In this document: piece by piece, positions 1 to 13,089 of the stretch
Position numbering within the stretch: the stretch's first letter is position 1
How the letters are laid out: every line of letters begins with the position of its first letter
NCBI RefSeq assembly: GCF_037042905.1
Contig: NC_087250.1
Span: forward strand, 26,600,001-26,664,000
Length of the DNA: 64,000 nucleotides
Direction of reading: 5' to 3'
Source of the DNA: Lytechinus pictus
Taxonomy: Eukaryota
Notes under the pieces: generated by a model
What the model was told of the DNA's origin: nothing
The model's database searches: none
The model's input: the letters and a program-made list of their open reading frames with translations, nothing else
Made by a program: the position numbers and the translations under genes

Positions 1-1349
1 CCCCCCCCCTTTTTTTAGAATGTACAATTGGTGCCGCTGTTTCTTTCCTTTTCTCTCTTCCATGTGCAGTTATTTGGAGTCTCAACGTGGGTTGTGTCAG
101 CATTCCACGGAATCGTACGAGAGGAAGGGGACAATTCACGTTTCGCTGACGCAGGCAGTCCCGCTCTAGTTGGGGGCGGGCCCTCACCACTCGGCACGTG
201 GCCGGGTCCTAAAACTCAATACATCCGCGAACAGGAGAACACTTGATTTCTTTGTCGCGGAGCGAAATCACTATAGTAACAGCTGTTTTACCTCCGTCGA
301 GTACTCGCTGGCTCGGACGTCGCGAACGGTTGGAACTTTTTTATGAGCAGATGTTATGACCTGAATACCTTATCCAGAACTCACACGTGGTATCATCAGA
401 TCTCAAGTCCTTACTACAAACTTCACTATTTAGTTACCAAGCCCCGCTCCCCCCCCCCCCGCCTCTCCTTTATCTTAGGGCACTAGACTCTTCGCAAGTG
501 GACTGAATGAGCATGAATCATCCTAGATGGTTTAATTGTGCGTCCCTGTTCGTTTAATGCACCCCCCCTTTACCCAGCTTCTTAGCGTGGACCTTGTAAA
601 TACAGCATGGTTTGAACTATTGGCATCATATTGTGTTGTGGCGGCGGGCTGACGATGAGTCATCCCGTTTGGCGGCATTCCATTTTTTGCCACAACACAT
701 TATGATTCTTCACTTATTTTGGGCTTCCTGAGATAATATTTTTCATTTATTTAGACCAATTTCGTATATTCCACTCCTCCTGTTATAATGTGAACGGGGT
801 TTGGTTCGTCACCCGATTTGGACGAGGCCACCGGCGAATTCCATTTCGGACCGAACATTAACGTTGCCTCGTTCACATTCTAGTTCAGGGCCGTTGGTGG
901 GGCTTCTGAGCACTAGTTTATGGTTTAAAAGTTTTCCTGCATAAGCTCGTGTTGCAAACGGGAATCTTTGCTTCGTAGCTTTGCAGATGGAATTTTACGT
1001 TGCCCACATTTGGCCAACATGACAAACTGGTGTCTTTGTCATGAATGTGGATGGACTGTTTTAATTGTCAATTGAGGAGATTGGTTTAATAACTTTAATT
1101 TTTCGCATATGACACATCTCAGGAGGCTTTACGTTTATGTTATGTTTTGATTGTTGCATTATATTATGTTGGCTTTATTTGACAACACATCATTTTACAT
1201 TTTGGTATACATCATTTGGAAGATGCTTTTCAGAAACAATTTTTATTAAACTCCACGGAAAATGCATTAACTCGCCTCTCGTGTATTTGTATTTGTATTA
1301 TCTGGGTTGAGATAATGTTCCATTAAACAAATGTATTCAGAATGCCCAG

Positions 1350-2149
1350 ATTCTAGGTCTAAATCTAAAACATGCGCGATAGCCTGCATCACGGTTCTTT
1401 ATTTAAAATGTACTTAAATTATCCAGTTTCACATCAGAATATCAATAATTGTCTGCTCACGCTTCACGATCGCATTATTAATGATACCCAATTAACTATA
1501 TCCTATTTATGATTACAAAAATGAATAGAGTGTCCTGCTTTTAGGTCTAAAATCTCAATTTTCTTCCTCTCGCGCTTCGCGCTCGCATCAATTGTTTAGT
1601 TACATACCTATCCCATTTATTAATACAAAAAGTGCTTAGAATGACAATTTTTTAGATCGGAATGTCAAAAATTGCTCGCGCTTCGCGCTCGCATTATTGA
1701 AATATATACCGTCTTCGTGGGTAACTGAAAGTTAGTCCTTAACAGGTCCCTTTTCGATAATGCTAGAACAGTTAATACAAATTTCTGCTCTTGCTTGGCG
1801 TTTGCAGTAACCATCTAGTTACATACGAATCTTGTTCAAGATCACACATACCATCGCCCATAATATTTTTTTTTTAAATCGCTCGCGCTTCGCGCTCACA
1901 CTTTTTATAAGGCTTATGAGATTATTTCATGTCTATGGTGTTTTATAAGAATAAAACTAAGAAGTGAGTGATGGGGGAAAATATAGGTAAATATAATTTC
2001 GGGCCCCGTCCCCTATTGGCGAAAGTCCGATCCGCCCTTTTGACACATACACACACACCGGAAAAAATGGCCGGTGCCCCCCCCCCCTGAAAAAGCAAGG
2101 ACCCCCCAGTCCCCCCCCCCCAGGAAAAAAAATCCTAGCTACGCCACTG
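1350..2149. mobile_element. Right part of a CAGTGGCG-type (hAT-like) element with GCTCGCGCTTCGCGCTCG periodic repeats
   Basis: Motif recurs about every 100 bp (1450, 1570, 1675, 1790, 1880); ends GCTACGCCACTG. Confidence 0.6.
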
Positions 2150-2925
2150 CAGTGCATGGAACGTATTCTAACGTCAGTGATCTTGATCCCCGTCTTCACC
2201 CCAAATTAAGGATTTCTTAGCTGAAAAAAATTTGACAAGCAAAAAAAAAAGAAAAGAAAAGATCTTCACGTTTAAAAGAGGGGACATAAGTCTTTTTTGT
2301 TGCATTTTGACATTACAAAGTATTAATTTGGCTTATCAAAGGGGGGGGGCGCACGTCCCCTGGATCAGTTGTAAATCGTCAGGGGGCAGTCTGCCCCACC
2401 CCCCTTTGGTACACTAGTTGTTCCATGCTGATACAGCGTAGATCAGAGTCTAGATCTAGAGACTAGACTAGAACTAAGATATGTTTTTTTTTTCTAGGAC
2501 TGGTTCTGTTTACGGACTAGACATATATTAAACCATGGTAAATAAAATCAAACATACAGTTGGGAATTGACCCGTTCGAAGTTAACCATGGCATTAGTCG
2601 GCTATTACTATTAGTATTAGGCATTAGACAGGTCCAGATTTGAGGTAAAGTTAATGCGCTAGCCTAAGCTAGCCCTAGCCTAGCACATGTCTTGCCATTA
2701 ATGGCAGCTAGTTTGATAAGTGTTTAAATAGATCTAAGCATATAAGGCCTATGTAACTATACAGGGTACCGGTAATTTGACGATGCTAATTCATTCTGAG
2801 CATGCAACGTGAATGCTTACGACCGGCACTGGTCGAGGCCACGCGCATGCGTACTCTTAATCCGAAGACACAATCATGAATATTCATATGTTGGTCCAGA
2901 ACTCGGTGGGAAAAATAATTTCGCG

Positions 2926-3180
2926 CCCGGGGGGGGGGGGGCACTTCCATTGACGAGTGGATACCAGGCGCGACCACGCTTAAAAATGGATAGAGCGGGC
3001 AAGTAAAATACTGAAAAGGGGGATACATTTCCAATACTTGTACGGTTTCACAAGCCAATACTTGTTAAGGGATGCATTTTCATAATCTGGAAAAGACTTG
3101 CTTCCCTTGTTTAGGGTGCTTTTCGAAACCCTATGGTCGCGCCTGGTATCCACTCGTCAATGAAAGTGGTCTCCCCTCCG
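2926..3180. mobile_element. MITE with CCCGGGG end and 35-bp inverted repeats
   Basis: CACTTCCATTGACGAGTGGATACCAGGCGCGACCA mirrored at 3134-3168. Confidence 0.75.
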
Positions 3181-3707
3181 AAAATTTGAATTTTATCACC
3201 CATTTCGGGGGAAAGTAAAACATAATGCCCATTACATTGTGTTCTAGAGACATATCGTTTGTGTAGGAGAAGCAGGTAAAAGAAAAAAAAACGCAAATTC
3301 GGATGGTGTTCAGACGAATAGGCCTATTGCATATGCTGTGTACATAATTATCAACGCATGCGAAATTGTTTCGGCTTGAGAGGTGATCTGACCCATGGAA
3401 TCAATTGTCAGTGATCCACCAATAATCCACATTAAATGCAATATCGATTCGATGGACTGTAATGAATATACATGTAAGCCTTAATTCAGTAAGTTTTTCC
3501 TCGCTCAATATGTACTCGATTTGTTAGAAAAAAAACCCTTTCTTATCCATGTCATTATCTATTGTAGGCCCAGCATTTCGAATATCTCCAGCCAGCTGTC
3601 ATAGTAGAGGCATGCCGCCGGCTCAGGGGGCATACGCCCATGACCAGTTGTACATGCATTAAAGCGGGATTTAATCTCGCAGCATGATGAGGGTGTCGCG
3701 TGAAAGA

Positions 3708-4559
3708 ATTTTGAAAGTCAAAATACAATATTTAACACAAAATATGAAACTCAAATAATATATTTCGTTGCAAATTATATTTGAAGACAGTATTCCACTA
3801 ATTTACCACAAAAATATGTTTTAGTGCTCACCTTGTGATTGTTTTTGTCCTCTCTCACATCGTAGATCATAATTTTAGGGCCTTTGGCGGCCATATTAAA
3901 TATCAAAATACAGGGTTTATCACATACATGGCATGTTAAATAATAAATTTTTTTAACAATAATGTTTTTAGTCAGTATTCCACTCGTTTATCTTAACAAA
4001 ATGCATTTTAGTGCTCACTCTTGTGATTTTTTGGTGCCACCATTCACATTGAACATAATGGTGTTAGGGCTTTTGGAGGCCATTTTGAATATCAAAATAC
4101 AGGAGTTATCACATAACTGACATAACAAATGATATATATCGTTAGCAATCATGTTTTCAGACATTGCTTCACTCATAGATCATAATTACTTGCATTTCAG
4201 TGCTCAATTTTGTAAAAATTAATTTTCCCCATTCATATTGTACAGGGGTCTATGATGGCGGCCATTTTGATATCAAGAAAATAGATATTTTGACAAAAAT
4301 CATTTTTTCAGATATTATTTTACTCCGGCAGCACAATTGCAAGTTCTTTATAGCCAATGTGTGGACAATTTTATGATTTTCATGGGTAATTTGAATATTT
4401 TGGCGGCCATATTGGATTTTGCCAATTTGCAGAAAATGCTCAAGGTTACACGAGTGGCATCATTCAGATTCGGAATCAGCATCCTCGAATTGACAAGAAA
4501 CCATCAAAAAACATTGTATATATAAAAAAACAAGGTTCGACCCCTTCTATCCTGGACTA
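3708..4559. mobile_element. Inverted near-identical copy of the left 850 bp of the 7144-10905 element
   Basis: Reverse complement of 7144-7995 with about 10 substitutions by eye; mirrored ORFs 4337-4525(+) and 7178-7366(-). Confidence 0.92.
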
Positions 4560-5626
4560 TACGGGGAAACTCTTTACAACATATCGATACCTTTGAAAAT
4601 GCAATTACCATCACATTGGAGAGCTGAGAGACCCTTATCAAAAGTTGGTGTACTTGGACAGCAAATCATCCGAAAATTTGCAGCGGAAGAAGAATTGCAA
4701 ATATGTCGTTGTCCAGACTCAAGAGATTCCGATGCCGTCCCGGTCCACCAACTTTCGTCAAAAGCCTCTCAGCTCTACACTGTGATTTCATTTTTTGATT
4801 TATGATGATAAAATTCACGCTTTATGGGGAGGAAGTTATGAACAATGTTTCTGTAACTTTCACATATATATTCCCTGAGCGAAGTTGGGTTCTTAAAAAA
4901 AAGAAACTTGTGTAAGAAGTATTTTCGTTTGCAGATTTTCTTAATATCAGCATTAAACTATGAGTTCTTGGCAGAAACCCTTTTTATTTCATAATTTGGT
5001 GTTAGAAACTCTCAATGTATACATGTAAGTTTTGTGTAAATATCTAAAGTCTATCCTTAAACAATGCCATGATACGTGAGAAAATTCTGACTTTTCGCAT
5101 CCACGTTTTTAAAATAATTATTCAAGCATATTTATTAACCACACTGTAATTTTATACAAAATGTTATGTTTTTTAAACAAATGTCTCTTATTGTGTAATT
5201 GATATTTTAAATCATTAGTGATCAAATGAATATGGATTTTTACAAAAGTAGTTTGCTAATCACTTACATCTGTTGTAATCATATCAGCTTTCAAGACAGT
5301 TTCAGGCTGTTTATTAAAATCCTTTCTAATATTATTGACAAGTTATTTGTTATCTTTCTGGGTTTATTCATTAATAAGCATATACGAAACTCGTATATCT
5401 GTAAATATACGTATAAATCATATACAAAGTCGTGAGTAAATGTCTTAGAATCTAAGTCCACCAAGTCAACATTTACGTCCCCATAGTGATTATATGTATG
5501 GGTGTGTACTTTGGAATTTGTTATTGGTATAATAGAATGCATGCTAGTTTGAAATTTTCATGTTTTTGGTCTTCAATAAAAGAATTAAAAAAAATATGTT
5601 GTGAGAGAAGGAAAATGCAGTGAGAG

Positions 5627-6510
5627 TGTACATTTTAATAAACATGTCAGTCTTCTGTGATTTATTCATATTCAAGAGTGAAATAGAAATATTTTTTTTT
5701 TTATTGTGTACATGTAATCTTAATTCGTGACCACGATATTGTAATATTTTTAAGTATTTAAATAAAGAAAACACACTAACATGATATGTCATGCGATTAA
5801 CAATCGGTGTATGTACCGGTCACAACTCCCCGACCAACTACTACCTGTCAAAGAACCAGAGAACAACAGATTCGGTCCACCGAGTCTATTGTTCCCTGGC
5901 TCCAAAATGCAACATTGACACTAACAATTGCGTCTGGTAGGCAATTGTTATAATTGATAATTATATGCAAATCAAACGTGCAAATCAACCTGAAGTAGAT
6001 TTGAAACCCCCCCCAAAAAAAAAAAAAAAAAAAAAAATAAAATAAAATAAAATAATTTTTTTTCCCAACAAAATTTACATCATATTGGTCGAGGAACTTG
6101 TAAAGCGCCCCGCTTCCCAGGGCCATTTTTTATTCAATTATTATTTTTTTTTTTTTCGGGGGGACATTACAAAGAGCAGTGAACATGTACATTTTTTAAT
6201 AAAATTTAACTCATGAAGTTTGTATGCTAATTTTGTGTGATTCATTGATATTTAAAAGTGAATTAAAGATACACCCTGTACATATTTAAATGTGATAAAT
6301 GTAATCTTAATTCACAACCACAATATCTAAATATTTACAAATAGTTTAACAACACACCGACAGAATGTGTCGAGTGATTATCAGTTGGTGTATATACACT
6401 TCCAATTATAACAGCCCACTACCTGCCAAAACCAGATAAAAATCGATTCGGTCCATCGAATCGATTGTTCTCCGGCTCAAACAGGCAACAGTGAGACATT
6501 AACAATACGA
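5627..6510 (+). repeat. Old diverged local tandem duplication (5627-5932 vs 6187-6510)
   Basis: Shared anchors TGTAATCTTAATTC, CTACCTG, GATTCGGTCCA and TAACAAT in the same order. Confidence 0.7.
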
Positions 6511-7143
6511 CCAACTACAATGCCTTACGTCCCATGATGCAAGATAAGGGAAAATTATTTGGAAAAAATATGCGTGTTTGAAAAAAAATGCTTGCCTATT
6601 GGTATTTTTTGCATACCCCCTTCTATAAGGAAATGTTTTCATTTATCGTTTTTATATTATAAATTAATATATGAAATTTACATTACATAACATTTGAGGG
6701 AGCTTAAATATGACGTCACAGGTTAAATAAAATGAAATCTATCATTCTTTGATGGATTTTATCAAACCTTCACCGGCATTTTTGTCTAATTCTTCTGTTT
6801 ACATTAACAACTTAGTGTCAGGGTGAAGTTTCCTTTTAGGAGTTAATAATAATAATAACGTTTAATTTACCCAGGGACCAGGGTAGCCACTTCAGTTAGG
6901 AAACTGCTCTACCAGGGGTCCTGCATAACATAATATGTTATTATAACTACTTCACCAATTTCAAAATTCATGGCACTGGCAGATCCAGAGAGGGAGGGGG
7001 GGGGGGGGAATCCGGCCGCGAGTTTTCGCAAACCTCTGGAACGCGACATTAGGGTCCAGTAACACAAAAATTAACGATTAATCATTGACTCGATTTTTGA
7101 GATTGATTGTACATAACTGCTCTACAATCATAGCTAAGCTTTG

Positions 7144-10100
7144 TAGTCCAGGATAGAAGGGGTCGAACCTTGTTTTTTTATATATACAATGTTTTTTGAT
7201 GGTTTCTTGTCAATTCGAGGATGCTGATTCCGAATCTGAATGATGCCACTCGTGTAACCTTGAGCATTTTCTGCAAATTGGCAAAATCCAATATGGCCGC
7301 CAAAATATTCAAATTACCCATGAAAATCATAAAATTGTCCACACATTGGCTATAAAGAACATGCAATTGTGCTGCCGGAGTAAAATAATATCTGAAAAAA
7401 TGATTTTTGTCAAAATATATATTTTCTTGATATCAAAATGGCCGCCATCATAGACCCCTCTACAATATGAATGGGGATAATTAATTTTTACAAAATTGAG
7501 CACTGAAATGCAAGTAATTATGATCTATGAGTGAAGCAATGTCTGAAAACATGATTGCTAACGATATATATCATTTGTTATGTCAGTTATGTGCTAAATC
7601 CTGTATTTTGATATTCAAAATGGCCTCCAAAAGCCCTAACACCATTATGTTCAATGTGAATGGTGGCACCAAAAAATCACAAGAGTGAGCACTAAAATGC
7701 ATTTTGTTAAGATAAACGAGTGGAATACTGACTAAAAACATTATTGTTAAAGAAATTTATTATTTAACATGCCATGTATGTGATAAACCCTGTATTTTGA
7801 TATTTAATATGGCCGCCAAAGGCCCTAAAATTATGATCTACGATGTGAGAGAGGACAAAAACAATCACAAGGTGAGCACTAAAACATATTTTTGTGGTAA
7901 ATTAGTGGAATACTGTCTTCAAATATAATATGCAACGAAATATATTATTCGGGTTTCATATTTTGTGTTAAATATTGTATTTTGACTTTCAAAATGGCCG
8001 CCAATAGACATTGACTGTATAATGTAGTCGATCTGGGAAACAAATTTTCACAGGAGTCAGCACCATAACATGCATATAATTGTGATTTAAGAGTAAAATA
8101 TTGTCTGAAAACATAATTTCTAACAAGATATATCATTCATTCGGCCAGGTAGGTGATAAATAATGTATTTTGAAAGTCAAAATGGCCGCTACAGGCCCTA
8201 ACGGTAGGCCTATTATGTACTTTGTGAATGGGAACATGTGATTTTAACAGAATTTGGCTTTGCTTGACTATAAAATGGTGTTGCATGTATGAGTAAAATT
8301 TCGTCTAAAAATATGATTTCTAACCAAATAGATAATTTCTTATGTTATTTAGGTGATAAATGCTATATTTAGATTTCAAAATGGCTGCAATGTTTTTTTG
8401 TGGAAATTATCTTTCCCCATTCAAATTTTACATATTAAGATAAGGGACTATGGCGGCCATTTTTCATTTTACAGGCATGAAAATTCTCCGCGTTTCCGCG
8501 GATTTCCGCGTTTTTTGTTTGCTGAATTTCCATTTTTTTTTACTCCTAAAATCCGCATTTTAATTTCCGATTTTTAGCGCTAAAATGTTTTAGCATATCT
8601 TACGTGTTATATGACGTTCGGCCTTTACAACGATTGCGCAGGAATCTCTTATCTACCACATCTCAACTCTACACGTGTATTTCGCGGTGTGTTTTACGTT
8701 TCTGTGCATGCAGTGCAGCAGTGGTGTGCTTGCAATCGCTGGGGGCAACCCGGCGCGCCGGGCATGCAGCGACCGGGCGTGCATATCATATCGGACCGGT
8801 GGAAGACCGATAAAGAAGCTGAATGTGCTCGCAGAGATTTGTGACGTGACATGGAATTTTCATGACGCATTTATAATTCGCGAATATTAATTTGCTGGAA
8901 ATTCAAGAATTTTGTTTTTTCTTGTTGTTGTAATAACGAATAAAAAAAAATGGCATTTTGTGGGGGACTAACTTGTGACCGCACAGATGTTGTGGATAGA
9001 CTTTCAAAAGATGTTCATAAAATTGACCGTGGACTTGCTAATATGTGGCGATGGAGTTGGTTAGAGGTGGGGGTGAGAGGACCCGACAATTCTTCGTACA
9101 ACCTGCTTGAAGTGATCAGGAAACTTGATAAACCAGGGAAGTGCTATTGCTATTTTTTAGTATTTTTTAGTTTTTTTTAATTGAATTTTGGACAAAAAAA
9201 TCCATATAAATACTTCATTACAATCATTCAACTCAAACAGGTTTTTGGAGTTGTAAAATTGATAAAACCCAGGAGCTTCAGGGGGCGTTGCCCCCTGGAC
9301 CCCCACCGGGGCGTTGCCCCTGGACCCCACCAGTTAGCAGCGAGCGGCAAGCCGCTCGCCCGGTGGGCTTCGCCCACCGTCTTGTCAACGCATTTCCAAA
9401 ACCCTTTCAGCTTTTTTTTTCATGCCTGTTTTTAAAAGGCTACATTCATCACCTTTATGACACAAGCTATATATGATATATTTCGTTTAATAGAAATCAT
9501 TGGGTTTAGACAATACTTAACACTTACATCAAAATTAAGCCATTTTCATAGTAAAAATTTTGTCAAAATTATCTGTCCCCAGTTACAATGTACATACTAC
9601 TTTGGGCTATGGCAGCAATTTTGAATTTCAAAGTAAGGCCTTGATTACCTTCTCAACCATTATGTGATGTATTTAGTCAGAAATCATGTTCAAGACCAAA
9701 TTTTACCTATACATCACATACATGTAGTTACGTGCGTTTTTGGTTCTCATTCTGGTGATTATTAGTTTCCCTATACGCATGTTACATAATTTGTAGGGGC
9801 TTGTGCGGCTGTTTTGAAAGTCAAAATACAGTTTTTATCACCTACATGGGAGAGGAAATGTTATATTTCATTTAAAAAAAATCACGTTTTCATACAATAT
9901 TTTCCTTATACAACAGAATTATATGGATTTCATAGTCAGGCAAATCCTAATTCTTTCAAAAGTATTTGTCCCCATTTACATTGTAGATAATACTGTAAGG
10001 GCCCATAGGGGCCATTTTGAATTTTACAATACAGCATTTATCTCATGCATGAAAAAGGAAATGATACGTTTCGCCAGAAAACATGTTTTTAGACAATATT

Positions 10101-10905
10101 TCACTCGTAGATTACAATTACATTCCTTTTATTGTTTTTACTCTTGTGAAAATAAGTTTCTTCATTCGCTTTGTTCATAATACAGATAGGGCCTATGGCA
10201 GCCATTTTGAATGTCAACATGCAGCATAATTACCGAAATTGCAAGGGAAATGATATGTTTCGTTAGAAATCCTTGTTGTCAGACAGTGTTACACCAATAT
10301 TTCGCAGTTATTGGCATTTTAAAGTCAAACAAATTCAAAGGTTGTGTAAATTATTTGTCCCCTTTTATAGTATTGTACACAGTATAAGGGGTCTATGACA
10401 GCCATTTTGAATATCATAATACAGCATTTATCACATTAGATAGTATACAAATGACATAGTTTTGTTAATAGTCATGTTTTCAGACAGTAGTCCACTCGCA
10501 GGTCACAATCACATGCAATAATAGTGCTCTTGTTTGAAAAAAAATATTTTCCCCATTCATATTCTACATAATAAAGTATACAGGGGTTATGGCGGCCATT
10601 TTGAATATCAATAAAATAAATATTTTGTCAAATATCGCTTTTCCAATTGGTTTTTCACTTCTGCACATCAACTACATACATTTTATAGCTAATGTGTGGG
10701 CAATTTTATGATTTTCATGGGTAATTTGCATATTTTGGCGGCCATATTGGATTTTGCCAGTTTGCGGAAAATGCTCAAGGTTACAAGAGTGGCATCATTC
10801 AGATTCGGAATCAGCACCCTCGAATTGACAAGAAACCATAAAAAAAAATTGTATATCTAAAAAAACAAGGTTCGACCCCTTGTCTATGGGGCCTATCCTG
10901 GACTA
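7144..10905. mobile_element. Non-autonomous DNA transposon with long TIRs and TAG termini (possibly Academ-like)
   Basis: TAGTCCAGGATAG...CTATCCTGGACTA ends, several hundred bp of inverted similarity, and internal GGCGGCCATTTTGAA-anchored repeats in mirrored orientation. No clear TSD. Confidence 0.8.
8472..9428 (+). mobile_element. Internally deleted hAT-like transposon nested in the 7144-10905 element
   Basis: TIR CAGGCATGAAAA / TTTTCATGCCTG; transposase-like N-terminal stub at 8950-9150 (NMWRWSWLE...IRKLDKPGKCYC); GGGGCGTTGCCCC subterminal repeats. Confidence 0.7.
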
Positions 10906-10970
10906 GTAGTGAAAGCGAAAAGTACCCAATGTGATATTTAATGTCCAAGAGTTTCTCTCTTGAATTGGAG

Positions 10971-11442
10971 GGTTACACTTCGTAATTCCGAAGGTTCTTT
11001 ATTACGAAGGTTCGTAATTCCGAAACACGTAAATTGCCTATACCTCGATGTTCGTTAATCCGAAAAAGTAAAGGGTTAGTTAATCCGAGCATTTGTGGCG
11101 TTGTTCCGAAGGTTCATTATTCCGAAGGTTTGATATTCCGAAAACGAAATAAGGTTCGATGTTCCGAAGGTTCGTTAATCCGAAAACGAAATAAGGTTCG
11201 TTGTTCCGAAGTTCGTTAGTCCGAAAACGAAATAAGGTTCGTTAATCATTTAGTTTTCGGACTAACGAACCTTAGGAATTACGAACCATATTTCGTTTTC
11301 GGATTAACGAACCTTCGGAATTACGAACCTCATTTCGTTTTCGGACTAACGAACCTTCGGAAATACGAACCTTCGGAATATCGAACCTTCGGAATATCTG
11401 AACCTTCGGAATAACGAAGCTTCGGAATTGCGAATGTATGCG
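10971..11442 (+). mobile_element. Foldback MITE of TTCCGAAGGTTCG repeats, copy 1 (Mutator-like, 9-bp TSD)
   Basis: GGTTACACTTCG...GTATGCG ends, perfect TSD GAATTGGAG and mirrored short tandem repeats. Confidence 0.88.
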
Positions 11443-11637
11443 GAATTGGAGTACAAAGCCCTAGTCAAAAAGACGACAAGGATTATAGCTCGCCAGTGAT
11501 TATCCATGGATTCCAGTGGTATGCACTCAAGAGGAAACATGCATTAGACATGTAGTTACATGTAGCTGTATAAATTGAATCCAATTTCAGTGATCCGAAT
11601 CAAGAAATGAAGATATATTTTTACTTAAATTGATATA

Positions 11638-12280
11638 CAGTGCGTCCCACAAAAACGAAACCGAGATTTATAGATGATTTATCATAACTTAATCACAAAT
11701 AAAATAGACAAATGACCTACCATTTTAAAGCCTAGATTTACTTCTTTCATCTGAAATTACTTAGATTATTTTCTATTCACGCACGAGTGAGCAAAAACAA
11801 TTTGAAGAGAGGAAACAAGAAAGTCACATGGCGGGATGTATCTGGGTTAAAAAGAATACATTTTAAAAAAGTTCAATATGTGTCTTTAATTTGATACCTC
11901 AATTACAGAAAATGGTCAAGAAATAACAAAGTTCTGGTTATTTGAAATAAGGCTTGAATTTCAATAATTTCATAAAATAAAGGGTTTTACAGGCTAGCAT
12001 TCAGATTCATTCGACACTCCGTTTTGTTGCCGATCAGCCATGCATTCAGTCTCTTGTTAACCATGCGGTAGCTTTTGTGGGAAACCGGTCAAAACACGTT
12101 TTTAATGAAATTATGAAAATACATGCTCACTTATGTGTGAATGAGGGATAATCTAAATATTTTCGGATGAAAAAGGAGATTCTAAGCTTTACATTGGTAG
12201 GTCATTTGTCTATTTTATTTATGATTAAGTTATGATAAATCATCGTTAAATATCGGTTTCATTTTTTGTGGGACGCACTG
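11638..12280. mobile_element. Tc1/mariner-type MITE
   Basis: TA|CAGTGCGTCCCACAAAAA...TTTTTGTGGGACGCACTG|TA. A fragment of the same family lies inverted at about 58810-59040. Confidence 0.9.
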
Positions 12281-12630
12281 TATAATGGATAAATGACGTA
12301 AACGAAAATAATTTTATGTCCACCAGATCATTGAAAATTCCTCTTCAAACTAATGCAAACCATAGGAAATTGATTATGTAATTCTCATAGATAGTTTTGT
12401 AAGTTATTCATTGTATTCAGTATGTGATATACGAGTACTTTTTCAATATCCAAATAATTCCACTGCCATGAAACTGTACATCTTTTAATGTGTGCAATAT
12501 CTGCAAAACAGTCTTTGTAACTGCGATGCATGATATAATATATACTCTACCACACCATATCATACCAATTCTCCTAATAGCTATGGGTCTACAAACGCGA
12601 CGCAGATCAAACACAGAAGTTGAAAATTAA

Positions 12631-12800
12631 CAAGTTCAAGTTCAAGTTTATTTAAACCAATCAAAACAAGAGACATATTACATAGTTTAACAAGAAATGA
12701 GAATACATGATAGGTTTGGGACCACATAGAAGCAGAGCTTGTGAGAGGGGCCCCTTATACAATACAGTACAGCAAGAATGAGATGAAAAATATATACAAT
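12631..12800 (-). mobile_element. LINE 3' end fragment
   Basis: Minus strand ends AATAAA-(CTTGAA)n; upstream sequence resembles a LINE 3' UTR. Confidence 0.55.
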
Positions 12801-12809
12801 GATAATATA

Positions 12810-13026
12810 TCCACATTGTGCTGCACTCAACCCAGGTGAGGTGAATGGGTACCTGGCAGGAATTTATTCCTTGAAATGCGTGTGCGCTGTAATCTTAGTA
12901 ATTACGGCTGCCAAGCTACAGTTGGGGTAATAATATCCAAGTCCTTTGGAAGCGCATAGAGACATTATTCATAATCGTGATATGCGCTATACAAGAACTG
13001 TTTATTATTATTATTATTATTATTAT
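12810..13026 (+). mobile_element. 5'-truncated SINE with (TTA)n tail
   Basis: SINE-type core CACTCAACCCAGGTG...AATGGGTACC, 3' segment AAGCGC...GCGCTATACAAGAAC and a TTA microsatellite tail. Confidence 0.7.
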
Positions 13027-13089
13027 CTAGAGAGTAAATAAGAAAAATACATACAAAAATACACACACACACACACACCCTCACGCACA

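Noticed and set aside
649..690. Hammerhead ribozyme at CTGACGA
   Set aside because: No GAAA core segment follows the stem.
2430..2880. Promoter suggested by TCTAGA-rich tract and GCGCATGCG motif
   Set aside because: No linked first exon or other support can be seen from sequence alone.
4337..4525. Duplicated 62-aa gene (also 7178-7366)
   Set aside because: Lies within transposon terminal repeats and has no protein-like features.
10971..11442. CRISPR-like regular repeats (also 52522-53063, 59420-59910, 61650-62080, 62514-63070)
   Set aside because: No unique spacers, mirrored orientation, TSD- or TIR-bounded, no cas genes and a eukaryotic context.
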